A stretch of DNA of 64,000 nt from Azolla caroliniana (lineage: Eukaryota > Plantae > Polypodiophyta): the NCBI GenBank assembly GCA_043228905.1, contig JBHGNT010000007.1:8928001-8992000 (forward strand), written 5' to 3'. Positions 36,205-49,600 of this stretch are shown piece after piece (within the stretch, counting starts at the first letter, position 1; each line of letters begins with the position of its first letter). Both the position numbers and the translations under genes were made by a program. The notes under the pieces are model-generated. The model was not told the DNA's origin. It made no database searches and worked only from the letters and a program-made list of their open reading frames with translations.

Positions 36205-36785
36205 TAGACAAGGCGTTCAACCATCGATGTGCAGGTTACTACCGTTTGTGATCCTACATTCTTCTTTCCCGTAAAACTGTCAGATGTGTGCACTCTTGTT
36301 ATATACCGAATATACAAGATTTATGCTATTCAAATTTTTGTCATTTCTTCAAATCTTAAATAGACATGGCGTTCAACCATCCATGTGCAGGTTACCAGCG
36401 TAATACGCCTTAATTGTGATCATAGTTTCTACTTTCCCGTAAAACTGTAAGATATATGAACTCTTGTTATATATCGGATACACCACATTTATTTTATTTA
36501 CAATTTTTTCATGTCTTTGGTGTCATATAAACAGAAACAGATTGTGCAAGTCATGTAATTGCTTACATCCAGGAGGCCACTTACCAGGTTACTACCCTAA
36601 TGTGCCTTAATTGTGATCACACATGCTACTTTCCCATAAAACAGTCGGATGTGTCGACTCGTGTTATATATCGGATATACCAGCTTTATGTTGTGAACAT
36701 TTTTGTCATTTCTTCTGTGTCATATAAACAGAAACAAATTGTACGAGTTATGTAGTTGATTACATCGAGGAGGCCACTTACCAAT
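36205..36785 (+). repeat. Degenerate tandem repeat, about 3 copies of 160-220 bp
   Basis: CAGGTTAC...TTTCCC(G/A)TAAAAC...GTTATATA x3; GGAGGCCACTTACCA x2. Confidence 0.8.
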
Positions 36786-37550
36786 ATCAACCCGATTGCC
36801 AGTAGCAAAGGAGACATAAAGCTCTATGACAAGTGAACAAATCCCTTTGAAATTGAATCAAGATGAATCCTCCACTGACAACTAAGAACTTACTTTACAC
36901 ATGTACATGTATCTTATAATTGCTATGATCATGAAGCATTCAACAGCGCACTCAAGAAAAAAAGTAACCCCGACTTACCACGGTCGCACACCTATCTAAA
37001 CATAAACCATCTATCTATTTATTGACGGACAGTATCTATAGCACAATCGTTTCACTTTAAGACACTGAGACCAGACACAGATTCAACGTGAGGCACATGA
37101 AAACTTCGCTAGATGATGAATGCAATACCTCATAACCTAATAATGCGACTCTGAAAATTCATGCGTTTCAAAGTGAATCTGTGAGATTTCATCCCTTCCC
37201 AACAAACGAATACAGCAGCTACTGATCAAGACAACCAGTTCCGTCTCTACATTAAATGGTTTTAATCTCAGCGGTTACAAAACACACGAAAGACACAAAA
37301 CAAACAGACAGAGATTGACACTGATCCATAAAATAAAACATTATAGATTAAAGCAATATGGAGAACAGAAGCACGAGCGTAAACATCACTTGTTGAAGAG
37401 ATGTAATGGATCGAGATTTTAGCTTAGAGATGTCCTCACAGGAGTTGAACTCAGAACCACAGACCAAGGTTCAATTTATTTCTCATCATTTCCATCACAC
37501 ACACTTCACTTCTTCACTTCTGATGAAAAAACCTCCACTAAGGTGAAGCA

Positions 37551-37625
37551 ATATATATATATATATATATATATACGTATGTATAAGGAAACGGAAAACC
37601 TAGCCCTAACCCTAACCCTAACCCT
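37551..37625 (+). repeat. (AT)n microsatellite and short (CCCTAA)3-4 tract
   Basis: Read directly from the sequence. Confidence 0.85.
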
Positions 37626-38704
37626 CGCCCCCACCCCCACCTTAAAAAATTGTAGCTTTACTCATGACCTTTCCACCTATTTGCAAATGTAGCCCTTTGC
37701 CTTCTTTCTCTCCGGGTCATCCTATATTACATATCAATGTAAACACTCAGTTTCTTGTGATGAAATGACAATCCAAATGTTGTTCTCAAGGTGACGATTC
37801 ATGAAGCTGAGCTTTCGAATGGCCCCATGATTCTCACAAGTCGGACACCTTTTCACACGATTCGCATTAATATGGTGTGGATGCCAACGTAGTTAAGAGA
37901 GAGATAGTTAGGAGGCTTGAAGTCTCATAATGGACCATGAATATTTGTGATATAATAAGCTTTTTATATGTTAATGGCCTCTCTAAAGCTCAAGGGCTCT
38001 CTTTTCACAAATTGACTCTGAGTAGTGATTCAACAATGGCCGATAGAGCAACCAAACACCCCCGAATATCAGGCTTCAATGTCATTCATTGTCATGTAGA
38101 AGCAATTGAAAAGATCAGGGAACAAGAGCTACCCCACCTAGAAGTTATGGTCGGGTTACCATTTACATCTAGACAATGAGCCACACCCACATTAGAATCC
38201 TTGAACTCCTTGCTCCTTTTCGAGAGACTTGAATGGAAATGGAACTAGTCTTTAGCCATAACTTTTTCCTTTATAAAACATGCTACACCCCATAACATTT
38301 TTGTACTATGTTAGAACTCTTTTATTTATGTTATTTATATTTTTTATTTTCGATTATAAGGTACATAGATATCCCATTATTATAATCATAAAATGAACAG
38401 TGCATTTGCATTCGAGAATGATTCAATCAAACGTGTATGGTAAATCATCTCAATGTTGGATTGGATTGACTATGGTCTATATTATATATTGATTCACTCT
38501 CAATCCCAATAAGTGAACTCTAATCCATTGTGAACCACCAACATAAGTATGGTTGCAATATTTGCATTGTATCACATGCATACTTTTGGGATGCTTCTTA
38601 AGAATCAAGACATCTCTATCATACTCACTTTAGAACTTTACAAAAAAAGGAGTATGAACTATAGAGATTGAATCAAAATATGTCATTATAAATTATAATC
38701 AAAT

Positions 38705-39200
38705 GTTCAAAAACTCATAAAACATACATTTGAGAATATGAAGAAAATATGACATAGGCAATAGTAACATAACAACTTATCACCAGGGTGAGCTAATTTC
38801 TAATAACAAAGAAAGAAAGAAAGAGAATTAAAAAGAAACGATCAAAAACTCATAGAATGTATATTCGAGAATATGAAGAAAACATGACATAGGTAGTAGT
38901 AGAATAAAAATTCACCATTAGAGTGAGCTAATTTTTAATAACAAACAAAGAAAAAAAAAGTAACATGACAATAACAAGAGGATATGAGAAAGTTGGGAAT
39001 TTAACTCAAGACACAAGCAATAGTAGCATGGCAACTTACCACTAGGTTAAGCTCATTTCTAATAACAAAAAATGAAAAAACAAAACAAATATAAAATTTT
39101 GCTATGCTACTAATAAGAGAGAGATGAGAAAACTGGGACTCAAACCCAAGTCATAGACAACAATAGCATGTCTCGTTACCACTAGGATGACTTGAATTCA
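38705..39200 (-). repeat. Tandem array of four ~135-bp tRNA-derived SINE-like units
   Basis: CTTACCACTAGGTTAAGCTCATT-like core x4; reverse complement matches the SINE-like head at 4251-4325. Confidence 0.7.
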
Positions 39201-40024
39201 GGAAACATGAAAAAAAGAATAAAAAAAAGGAGCATGTATTTTTCCCTTTTCAAACGTGTTCATTTTCAAACGTTTTCAATCATTTGAATGCTTGCACGAA
39301 CACGAATATTACGTTCTATGATTATAATCAATTGTCTTATGGGCCAAATTTTGTCTTAAAAGACATTAATATATCTACATTTCTTCTTTCTTTCTCAGCT
39401 TTGCCTCTACAATACTCTTTTTCTTTCATATTCAACCATTAATTCTACAAATAACCAAAGTCACAAAATGTTAATGTTGAAGTGGACGGTGGGGATCATG
39501 GCAACTATGAAGACAAACTTTACTAATATATGCACGAAATTGAAACTAAAAACGAAGGATTTTACAATAAACAAGTTTGGCCATGATCTATGGAGTTGAG
39601 AAGAAGGATTAGCTAACATCGTCTCTGTTAAGAGTGGTTGTGGCTAAAGATTCAGAAACTAAATCAAGTAAGTCAATAAGAGTGTGAGGTTGTTTCTCAA
39701 ATGTGGATGCTAATAGGGTGATGATGTTGACAATGCATGATAGCAAATTACCTCTTCTTTGTACAAGGACAAGGGAAACAAGGAATACATCGTCTTTCTC
39801 AATGTTTTTCTCCTTAATATTTTCCTTCCTATCTTGAGTTTCCCTTCTATTTGATGTTTAAAATCAATTAAAGCTCTCGCTTCTATTCATAAGGTTTCAC
39901 GAGGCACCAAAGTACATTTTTAGTTTCAACTTTGGTTTGCTCCCCATTATTTCCCTCATGGAAACATATATTGTACCAAGTCATATAAGAGTGTTCACGC
40001 ACTCTCATGGTACAAATTCCACCA

Positions 40025-40230
40025 TTCTTATAAACTCAAAAATATATCCTTATTTGTTTGAACACTTCTTTGATCCATCCATGATACCTAGGTTGGTCTA
40101 TGGAGCCTATGCTCAAGGTCATTTATAGATCCATATTCTTATAAACTCAAAGCATATCCTCATTTGTTTGAACACCTTTTTATTGGTCCATTAGGCCGAG
40201 GTTGATCTATGGGGCCTATGCTCAAGGTAG
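40025..40230 (+). repeat. Tandem duplication, ~108-bp unit x2
   Basis: TTATAAACTCAAA...GCCTATGCTCAAGGT twice. Confidence 0.85.
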
Positions 40231-40565
40231 TTTACAGTTCTATAATGGAAATTTTAAACAAAAAATCCACTAGTGACATGAAATCTCTATCACTCATAAT
40301 ATGTTTTGGGAATTTGAGAGTGGTGACATTTCGTCACATTAATCATTAATATCGAGTGAAAAAGAAATGAGTAGAGATGACAATTCGTGTTTTAGTATGG
40401 AAGGTTGTCCCCCTTTTTATTACTATATTTTATTTTTATTTATACACATTTACATTTTTTATGGTTGCCCCCCTTTGCTCTTTTCCCCAGTTTCGACCTT
40501 CAGACACACCACATCACAACAACGGAATTTACTATGTACTATTTTTTGCTATCAGAAAAGGATCG

Positions 40566-42626
40566 TGTCGTATTTTACGGCTCCGAAATCCGACCTTGAA
40601 GAACAAATTCACACAATTTGAAGCAAACATGGCAAAAAGAAGAGTTCTTTAGCTACCGCCTTGAGAAAGATTGAACATTAACAAGAAGAATTCATTGCGA
40701 AGATCATGCTGGATTTTGCATATTGTGATTTTAACCACCGGGTTAGAAGTTGCGAGCCTAGGAGTAAATTTCGGACGATAGGGGTCGAATCTACTAAGCG
40801 ACTAACCGACATCCTATCCACAAGGAGGATAAGAAAATAAATATCATTAATTCAATGAAATTTACCAAAAAGTGGAGCCTATGAACCAAGGCAACTCTCA
40901 AGTCAAAGCCTTTGATTGAAAAGGGAGAGTCGAACTAGATCAAGAATTAGTGGAGCCTTTGACAAAATAATGAATAGCATTAGATAATAATAGATTACAA
41001 AATTCAAGTCTATATTGGTATCGAAAAGCAAAGTGCATCAAAGGATTAACTCGAATTACATACAATGAGATTATCTCGACTCCATTACATGGAGTGGCTT
41101 AGAAGGGATGGATAGATAAATAAGTTAGAGATTTAGGATTTGTAGTAAAGCTGTATAATAATATCCTCAAGTTTTGGTTTTGAGGACCAACAAGATGACT
41201 TTGGTGCCTTTTGTCGTGGACGGTCTCTAATGTCCCCTTTATTCTCTACTCCAAGCTTGTTTGAGATTGCAACATCTGTCCTCAAACAAAGAGCTCTCCT
41301 CTCCCTTTTGTAGGTTTTTAAGAGGGCCTTTACCAAAATGGTAAGTTGTTTTTGTAGCACTTGACCTTGAGACTCTACTAAATCAAACTTTTATGTCCCT
41401 TTTTTTATACCCTCAATATAATACTTTGTCGGTTATTATAGGTAACCTTTCTCCCTTTATTGTCCATTAAAGATTTGAACCCTTGACATTTCATTCATAA
41501 TGTAAGCTCTTTGATAATTAAACTAAGTATTTTTGTTGTTTTTAAGAGGATCTTAACTCATATCCTTCTTTTCATAGCTTTGCTCTTACTTCAATAATTT
41601 TTATGTTTTTAGTTTAACTCTGTTTCCTCATGTGCCTTCCTCACATCACGACATTTATAACCACCAACCTGCACATCCTCGGGTATGTGCCAATTGTACA
41701 ATCACTCTTCACTTTCCTCGCTTCTTGAGTTCAATTCTTTGTCATCGTCATTAACACGAAGGCCCTCAAATATTTGTTCTTTGGCCTTTGTTTCTTGAAG
41801 ATCTTGACCCACTTCCCTGCTATTAGTATAGTGAACTTCGTCCCATCCAATTCAACAAGGTGGTCGGTATCATTGCCATTAATTTGGATTACCACATAGG
41901 ACCAAAACAACCACCTAGCAAACTTTCTCATGGAGCTATGTTGGTTATATAGGCTACTATCATAAACACAAGGTTATCTAGGCTACTATCAAAAACACAA
42001 ATGCAATACCTTTCTTCAATCTTTTCCAGACGTAGACGATGTACCCTCAAACCTCCCCTTACTTCGGATTCTAGCTTCCTTCAATTAATCCAGTGCCAAC
42101 TTTAAGTATTTTGGGCGTCTGTCCTATTTGCACAACCAAGAGATCCTCTCTACTCATTTAATTATCTATGGCATTGCCACCCACGAGGTGATTGACTCTT
42201 CGTTAGACATTATAGGCTTTTGGCCATACATGAGATTTGTTGATGTAACTATTTTCATAGAGCTGTGAGTGGTCTTATCCACCCATAAGACATAAGGTAA
42301 TAGACGAGGCCAATATCCAACCTTCCCTACACAAGCTCTAACAATCACCATGATTTTGAGAACGTGCCCTCGTTTTATCTTCTCATTTGCCTGTAAGTTA
42401 TACGCAATTGTGAGAGAAAGCTTTACTCCTAGAATATCAAAAACTTCCCTAGCATCATTGGCATTCAATTCCTCTTTGTCTGTTATTATATTCCCTACAC
42501 ACTCGTACTGCCACATAACGTCTTTGAAAAGAAACTTGCATACCACTGCTATGGTTTTATTTCTCAATGCCCTTCCTTCTCCTTGATTTATAAGATCCTC
42601 CCTTGCAAGTACTAGGCACTTCATTT
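40566..42626 (-). mobile_element. Gypsy remnant related to the 22160 element: integrase (41700-42626) and 3' LTR (40566-41653)
   Basis: LVLAREDLINQGEGRAL matches LVLAREDLTNQVEGRAL; pre-PPT GGCACATACCCGAGGATGTGC shared; LTR bounded by TGTCGT...ACGACA. Confidence 0.8.
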
Positions 42627-45600
42627 TGTTGAATGTGGGTCTCTAATGGACGTATTCACACTGTCTTCTTTTGTACACACCAGGTTTAGGCTATTTATGT
42701 AAATAGTGATAAGGGTAGTTGCCTTAAGTTAGTTAGTATATAAACTGACTTTGTAACCTAATTTTGTTGGTTGTTAAAAATACAATCATCTTGTGCCTAA
42801 CGTCTCTCTCTCTTGCGTTCTGGTTGTGTGTCGCTTTTTGTTGATGTTGTTGTTGCCATCAATCTACCTTGCTTGTATATGTTTATGATCTTCCCCCTAG
42901 AAGAGTGTTGATTTGTTCCGCACTAGACAACCATGTTATCAACATCTCGTATCAAAGCTCGAGGTTCTTTCGATTTTGTTGTCGTCGTCTATCTAGTCTT
43001 CATCAACAACTCTTCTTCTGTACATCGTGAAGATCTGTGGCAACTCTCTACAAGATCATTTTTGCAAAGAGAAACACCGGCAAAATATCCACTCCAGTGT
43101 TCTAAATCACCATTGAAGTGAATCAATCAACACTTCACTCCTGTGATTGTAGCCGCTTGGAGTGAGATTTCGCTTCACAAGATTTGCCTCAACCATACTA
43201 CATTGGATTAGACAACAATCGAATAGCTCACTTGACGCTAGTCACTCGCTTGTCGTAATCACTCGTAGTAGTTTGGGCTCCAGGAACAACCCCCTTCCGT
43301 GCTTCATTCGGCTAGACAACATTCGGAAAGCTTAGTCGAATCTATTCCTCTCGTTGTCGCAGTCACCTGAAACAGGATCGGCCTGGATAATTGGCACATA
43401 CTCTATGTTCAGAATCTCGAAAGTCGACATTCGAAATCGAATCGGCAAACTCGGGTCCAATTCGACTAAGTCGATTGACTGTAGTCACCTCTGACATAAT
43501 TCACCAAATAGTCGAAACCGATTCGACTTGTGTCAGCTGCACTCCACCATTGTTCGTGGTCGACTCCGAACAAAGTCTATCAAGCCGACACACATGGCAT
43601 CAACATCTAGCTCGTCAGAGATGAGTCTAAGGAGGTTCGACAGATCGAACTTCAACTTCTGGAAGGAGCAGATGCAAGACAACAATAACCATTCGGTTAA
43701 GTGTGTGCCCACTTAAGTGCTCCATTCTATTAAGTGCACAATTTATAGAGGTCAAAATCCTGATAACAGAAATTACATTGTTTCATGATGAAATTATGTC
43801 AAGGAGATGCCTAGGGTACTTCATGATCATTTCCATGTGCATGTGTGGGGTATCTATAAACATAGAACACATCAAATTCTACCATTACATGGCAAATATT
43901 GCATATACACTCTTAGATACTCCAATTGCACCATTGGTCTTAGTTTCTAAATAATGTGAAGAAAATCAAACCTAGCAAGTCACTATCTCTATGTATTTGG
44001 CTATATAGTGAAGTTGCTCAATAAAGGCCTGGCCTAAGATGTTAACTTTTTCGTCTCTCAATTCTTTCTCTATTTTAGCTTCTCCTTTCTAAGTTCTCTC
44101 TAATCTATGCATAACAGAAAAATGGCTTCTTTCTTCTTCTGCTTCCGACTGAAGCTATCAGACCATCAAACCTCTCTCTTCTTCTTCTTCTTCTTCTTCT
44201 TCTTCTTCTTCTTCATTTGTTTCTCTTTAATCCGTATCTAAGAAAAATTGATGGCTTCCAATTCTTCCAATTAGAAGCTTTACAATTATCAATCCTCTCT
44301 TCTTCTTCTCTACTTCCTCTCTTTCTAAACATATTAGAAATTAATTGATTCAAAATCGTCTGTTTGAAGATTCACTAATCTTTATTAAAAATTTCTTCTT
44401 CTTCTTTCTTCTCTTCCTCTGAGGTAATGCTTGTGAGTTGTTGTTCAATGGAGTTTCATAGAAGTTTTACCATACAAGATCCTAACATAATTGTTTGATG
44501 GCTGGTTTCTTGATCCAGATATTTTGCTGATTTCAAGGAAATACTTATGCTATTTCCTAGTAATGCATGTCTCCATTCTTTGGCCACTAGGTCTTTTTAG
44601 TATTTCTGAGCAAATGACATAGATGATGTTTATCTGAAATTTTTGCATTATGAAGTTTATTTAAAAAGCAAGCATTTTATATACATTTAATTGTTTCTAA
44701 TTAAACAGAGTTGATTATCACTTCACCACTACAAAACCATACATACTTGATCTGCAACAAATCTTTGTTTCTACTCAAGAAAGTCTGATAACTGTTGGGG
44801 GCTACGCTTTCACAAAATTAGATGAGGGAAAAAATTTGGGGAAAATTTTCAAATAAAAAAGCCCTAAATGTTTTGGGGAAAAAAATTTCGAATAAAAAAG
44901 CCCTAAGTGTGCAGCTCGGTTAAGTGCACACTTCTTCCTTCCATTCAAAGTGCGCACTTAACCGAATGGTTACTATATTTAATAGTCAAGGGGCAAATCG
45001 AACCCATCAAAAACAAAAATGCTCCAGAAGGATACAAACTGCTTGAATGGGAGAAGCTTGAAAGAATCGTCTGAGCCACCATTCGGATGCACCTATTAGA
45101 GTCAATGTACTTCATGGTGCAATCATGTTCAATTGCCTTTCAACTATGGAAGACATTGTCAAACACTTATGAGAAGAAGGTGGCCGCCACCAAGATATAT
45201 CTAATTCGACGCCTTTATAATCTTCGGATAAAAGAATCTGACTCGGTCCAAGCACACCTAAACGAGTACGAAAGCTTAAGTTCCCAAATTGCGGCTCAGG
45301 GGACGACTATCGAGGATGAACTAAGAGCAATGTTGCTTATGAGTAGTCTCCTCCCTTCATGGGAAACATTTGTTACAACTGTGTGCAATGCTTCGATTGT
45401 TGCCGTTAAGTACTCACTCACGAGTGCAATTCTGACTGAAGTAGCTCAAAGAAAATCGTTTGCAAACAATTCAGCCAACGACACTTACGTAGTGCAAGGT
45501 TCCATCGACTGATCAAATAGCCGAGGAAGAGGTTCTTCACGGTAGCCGAACAACCAGCAAAGTCGGAGCAAGTCTCGGGATAATCGAGTCAACAATTATC

Positions 45601-46095
45601 GCAAGAAACACAGACACATAAAAGTTGATTGCCATGCACTCAAGGCCAAAAACGATAAGTCTTAGCGAGCTGATCAAAAGAGTGGCTGGCATGAGGAGGT
45701 CAACTACGTTGGCTCTTCAGCCGAAGTATTGTCGAATGACCTGAACATTCTATCCATTCAAAACCTAGTTGAATCAGAAGTTCTACTTACAACTGAGGAA
45801 TCGCGCACATGGCTCTTGGATTCGGGTGCCTCCTTTTATGTGACCCCTCATCGATCCCAATTTCGGCAATACTCAGCCCGACATTCTGACTCAGTTCTAG
45901 TCGGAAATTTGCAACACTCTGCGATTATCAGAATTGGCACATTAGAGCTCAACCTTCTAGGTGGCTCTACATTGGTACTACATAATGTCCGACACGTACC
46001 TGAACTCTGAAGACCTTTGATCTCCGTCGGACAATTGGACGAAGATGGCATCCATGCCGGCTTCTCATAAGGAGGGTGGACACTCCACAGGGGTG
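42627..46095 (+). mobile_element. Ty1/copia 5' half: LTR 42627-42944, degenerate PBS, gag and protease, split by a TIR element
   Basis: TGTTG...CAACA; RFDRSNFNFWKEQMQD|YLIVKG; LWKTLSNTYEKK; WLLDSGASF; LHNVRHVPEL. Confidence 0.87.
43683..44975. mobile_element. Non-autonomous TIR DNA transposon at a TA site (Tc1/mariner/pogo-like)
   Basis: TIRs TAACCATTCGGTTAAGTG and CACTTAACCGAATGGTTA; removing it restores gag GAC TAT TTA (D-Y-L). Confidence 0.8.
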
Positions 46096-46621
46096 TGTGG
46101 AATAGCGCTCGACCACAACCGAGACTCAAACACTTTATGAAAGAACAAAATAGAAATGGAAGTTTGTACACTTACACAGAAGAGATGACACATGATGTTT
46201 ACGAGGAAAGCCCTACTAGGGAAAAACCACGGGAGCCCACAGACTCCAACTATCACTATAAGAGAAAGGAGGTACAACAGGGAGACTCAGAGGCAATGAC
46301 CTCGAGCTCTATATCGTCACCAACCAACTGCTTCACTTCTCCCTCTCTCTCTATACTACTATGATACAACTAACAACACCAACACTCTCACACACTTCAA
46401 AGTGATTGCCCTAAGTCATATTTATACTTATATGACTTTAAGACTATTTACAAATATAGCCTTTACAAGCACACCAGAAACATATTTGTAGATATGTCCC
46501 TAGATCCGGTTGACATCGGATCCATCCGGATATCTTCTGGTCTGGTTCCTTCCTTCGGCTTGTCCGATTCGGCTCCTCCGGATCTCATCTGGATCCCATC
46601 CGGAGGGACCGAATTCCCAAC

Positions 46622-49600
46622 TGTAAACGTAAGTGTTTGCGGAAACGTAAAACAGAGAACAACCCACAGGGAGAGAGAGAGACAGAGAGAGACAGAGAGA
46701 GCAGAACACAATTTCAAAATTATATCAAGACTCTGTATACACACTGTGCTAAGTAACACTATTTATACAAGTCCTCTTGGGACTGACAGAAGTACCATGT
46801 ACTTCAATGCTCACACGAGCATTTGACACTTACTACGAGACTATAGCTACCTAGTAGTCTATCCTATACTAGGCTTCCGATTGGACTTCCGGTTACGGAT
46901 TGCACCCGGCCTCCACTGCTTGCCGGTTCGGTTGCTCACCGTCATACCGATCCGTTTCGCCCGATCCGTCTCGCTTACCGGCTCCGGCTTATTCAGCTGA
47001 TCCGGCTCTGGTTGAGCTTGCCGCTCAACACTCCCCCTCAAGCTCAACCTGAGGTGGGGTCGTAGTGTCGACCTTTGTGGCAGTCGGTTCTTCCAACCGA
47101 CTTATCCTGGCGTCACTCTGCCTTGCTCGCGCTCCTCGTCCGGTCCGGTCCCGTTTGCCGCGACCCCTTTGGTTCTGCGCGCCTCGACCCTCTCGGTCGG
47201 CATGTCTGCTCAATAGGCCCATCTCAGCACTCACGTTGTTGTGACTCCGACGCTTGCCGATCCGTCGGTTCTCCCACGATGGCATCAACATCCGCTGTGT
47301 CCGTGTCCCCTTGGCCTTCAGTCGATCCGACTCATCCAGATCCATCTGTTGATCCGAGTCAGCTGTCTCCGACTCGTTCCAACTCTTGTCTGAATCGGTA
47401 CACTCCGATTCGACTTCCGGCTTCAGGCCTCTCACCACATCGGACCACTTCCGAGTCTTGGCCTTCTCCATGCTTCCCTCGGCTTCTTCAACTGATGAAC
47501 CGAAATCGAACTCTTCATTCGACTCTGTATCATGGTCAGTACCGTCGTGATGACCTCCGCACAGCATGCACTTCTCTTCCTGAGTGCACAACTCTTCTTC
47601 ACAGCCGCTTGCTCCGACCTGTTCGGATGTGTCGACTTCCTTCGTCGACTCGGCTTCCTTCATCTTCTTGTCTCCTCTTCTTCCGGCTCTCCTCTTACCG
47701 ACGGGTTCAACAGTTTTTTGGCCTTTGCCCGTTTCGATAGAGACTTTGCCCTTGCTTCTCCCCCTCAAGTGCGGCACGTCGAGATGCTGAATACCAAGCA
47801 TGTCGGTAAAGTGTTGCAACTTGTCCGATCCTAGCGGCTTGGTGAAGATGTCGGCAACTTGCCGATCCGTATGAACATATCGTAGGTCAACTTCACCGCT
47901 CAGGACCCGCTCACGCACGAAGTGGTAGTGCACCTCGATGTGCTTTGTGCGAGCATGGAACACAGGGTTCCTGGCGAGCTGCAGGCTGCTCATGTTATCG
48001 TAGTAAATCGGGATCGGGGTCGATACCTCGATCCGCAAGTCTCGCAGCAGTCGCCGAAGCCAGATGGCTTCACAAATGGCAACGGTAGCGGCCCGGTACT
48101 CAGCCTCAGTGCTTGACAAAGCCACTGTGGGCTGCTTCTTGCTGCTCCACGCAACGACCGTGCTACCTATGGAGAACATGTATCCGGAAGTGGAGGGGCG
48201 ATCAGACGCATCGCCGGCCCAGTCAGCATCTGTGTAACCGACAAGCTCTTCGGGTATACCTCGCCGGTATAGCAGTCCCCGGTCCTTAGTGCCGCTGACA
48301 TACCGTAATATTCGTTGCGCGCACTGAAGGTGCTCCACGGTTGGCTTCTGCATGAACTGGCTTACCATGCCGACCGGATAGCTGATGTCGGGTCAGGTGA
48401 TGGTTAAGTAGATCAGGCTTCCGACAACCTGTCGGAACCGTTTCTCATTGCAGGCCGGTCCGGAGTTGGGACGGAGCTTCTGGTTCTGGTCCAGGGGTGT
48501 GGAGACAAGTCGGCAATCCGTCATGCCGAACTTATACAACACATTCAACACGTAATGTCGTTGTGAGAGCAATATGCCGTCAGGGGTCTGGATCACTTCG
48601 ATCCCAAGAAAATAATGAAGGTCCCCCAAGTCCTTCATTTCGAATGCATCCGACAACTGGGACTTGACGCGGTTGATTTCGGGAAGACCCGGTCCGGTGA
48701 TGACTAAATCATCCACATACAAGAGTATACATACCGGACCGTCAAAGCCTTACCGGATGAACAACGAAGAGTCCGACTTAGAGACAACAAACCCCAGCTT
48801 ACGCAACCGGTGCGTGATCTTCGCGTTCCAAGCTCGGGGGGCTTGCTTCAAGCCGTAAAGCGACTTCTTCAGTCGGCATACCGCCGACTTGTTCATCTCC
48901 GAGTGAAATCTGGGGGGCTGAGTCATAAAGACTTCTTCTTCAAGCTCTCCTTGAAGGAAGGCGTTCTTCACATCCATCTAGTGAAGATGCCACCCCCTTG
49001 CCGTAACAACCGCCAGTACCACACGAACCGTCGTCATCTTCGCCACAGGAGCGAAGGTCTCGTCGTAGTCGATTCCGTGGGTCTGCGCATATCCCTTCGC
49101 CACTAACCGGGCTTTGTACCGGTTAACAGAACCGTCGGCGTTCTACTTGACCTTGTACACCCACTTGCATCCGATCGGTTTACACTGATGGGGAGGATCA
49201 ACTAGGTCCCAAGTTTCGTTGGCATCGAGTGCCCGCATTTCTTCGTCCATAGCGGCACGCTAATTTGCATCCTTTGCCGCTTTTGCGTAGCTCCCCGGCT
49301 CACACACTTCTGTCACCTTAGTCATGTACGCATAATGATGCGCCATGTATTCATTGTACCCGTACCGCATGACGGGATCCTTCTGGCGGGTTGATCGGCG
49401 CAATGCACCGTCACCTGATTTGAGGCCCTTCTTGGCCAGTTCGGTCTTCGTTGCCGAAGATATGCCTTTCTCTTTTCCGGAGTCGGATACGCATCGATCC
49501 GACTCATCGTTGCCGGTTTCGAATTCCGACATCTTCCTCTTCCCTTTCTCTTTGCGCATGAACCGTTTCCTCGGTTCCTTGCGCGGGGAGAGCACGGCAG

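Noticed and set aside
37597-37625. TTAGGG-type telomeric repeat or chromosome fusion scar
   Set aside because: Only 3-4 units; such short tracts and telo-boxes are common interstitially.
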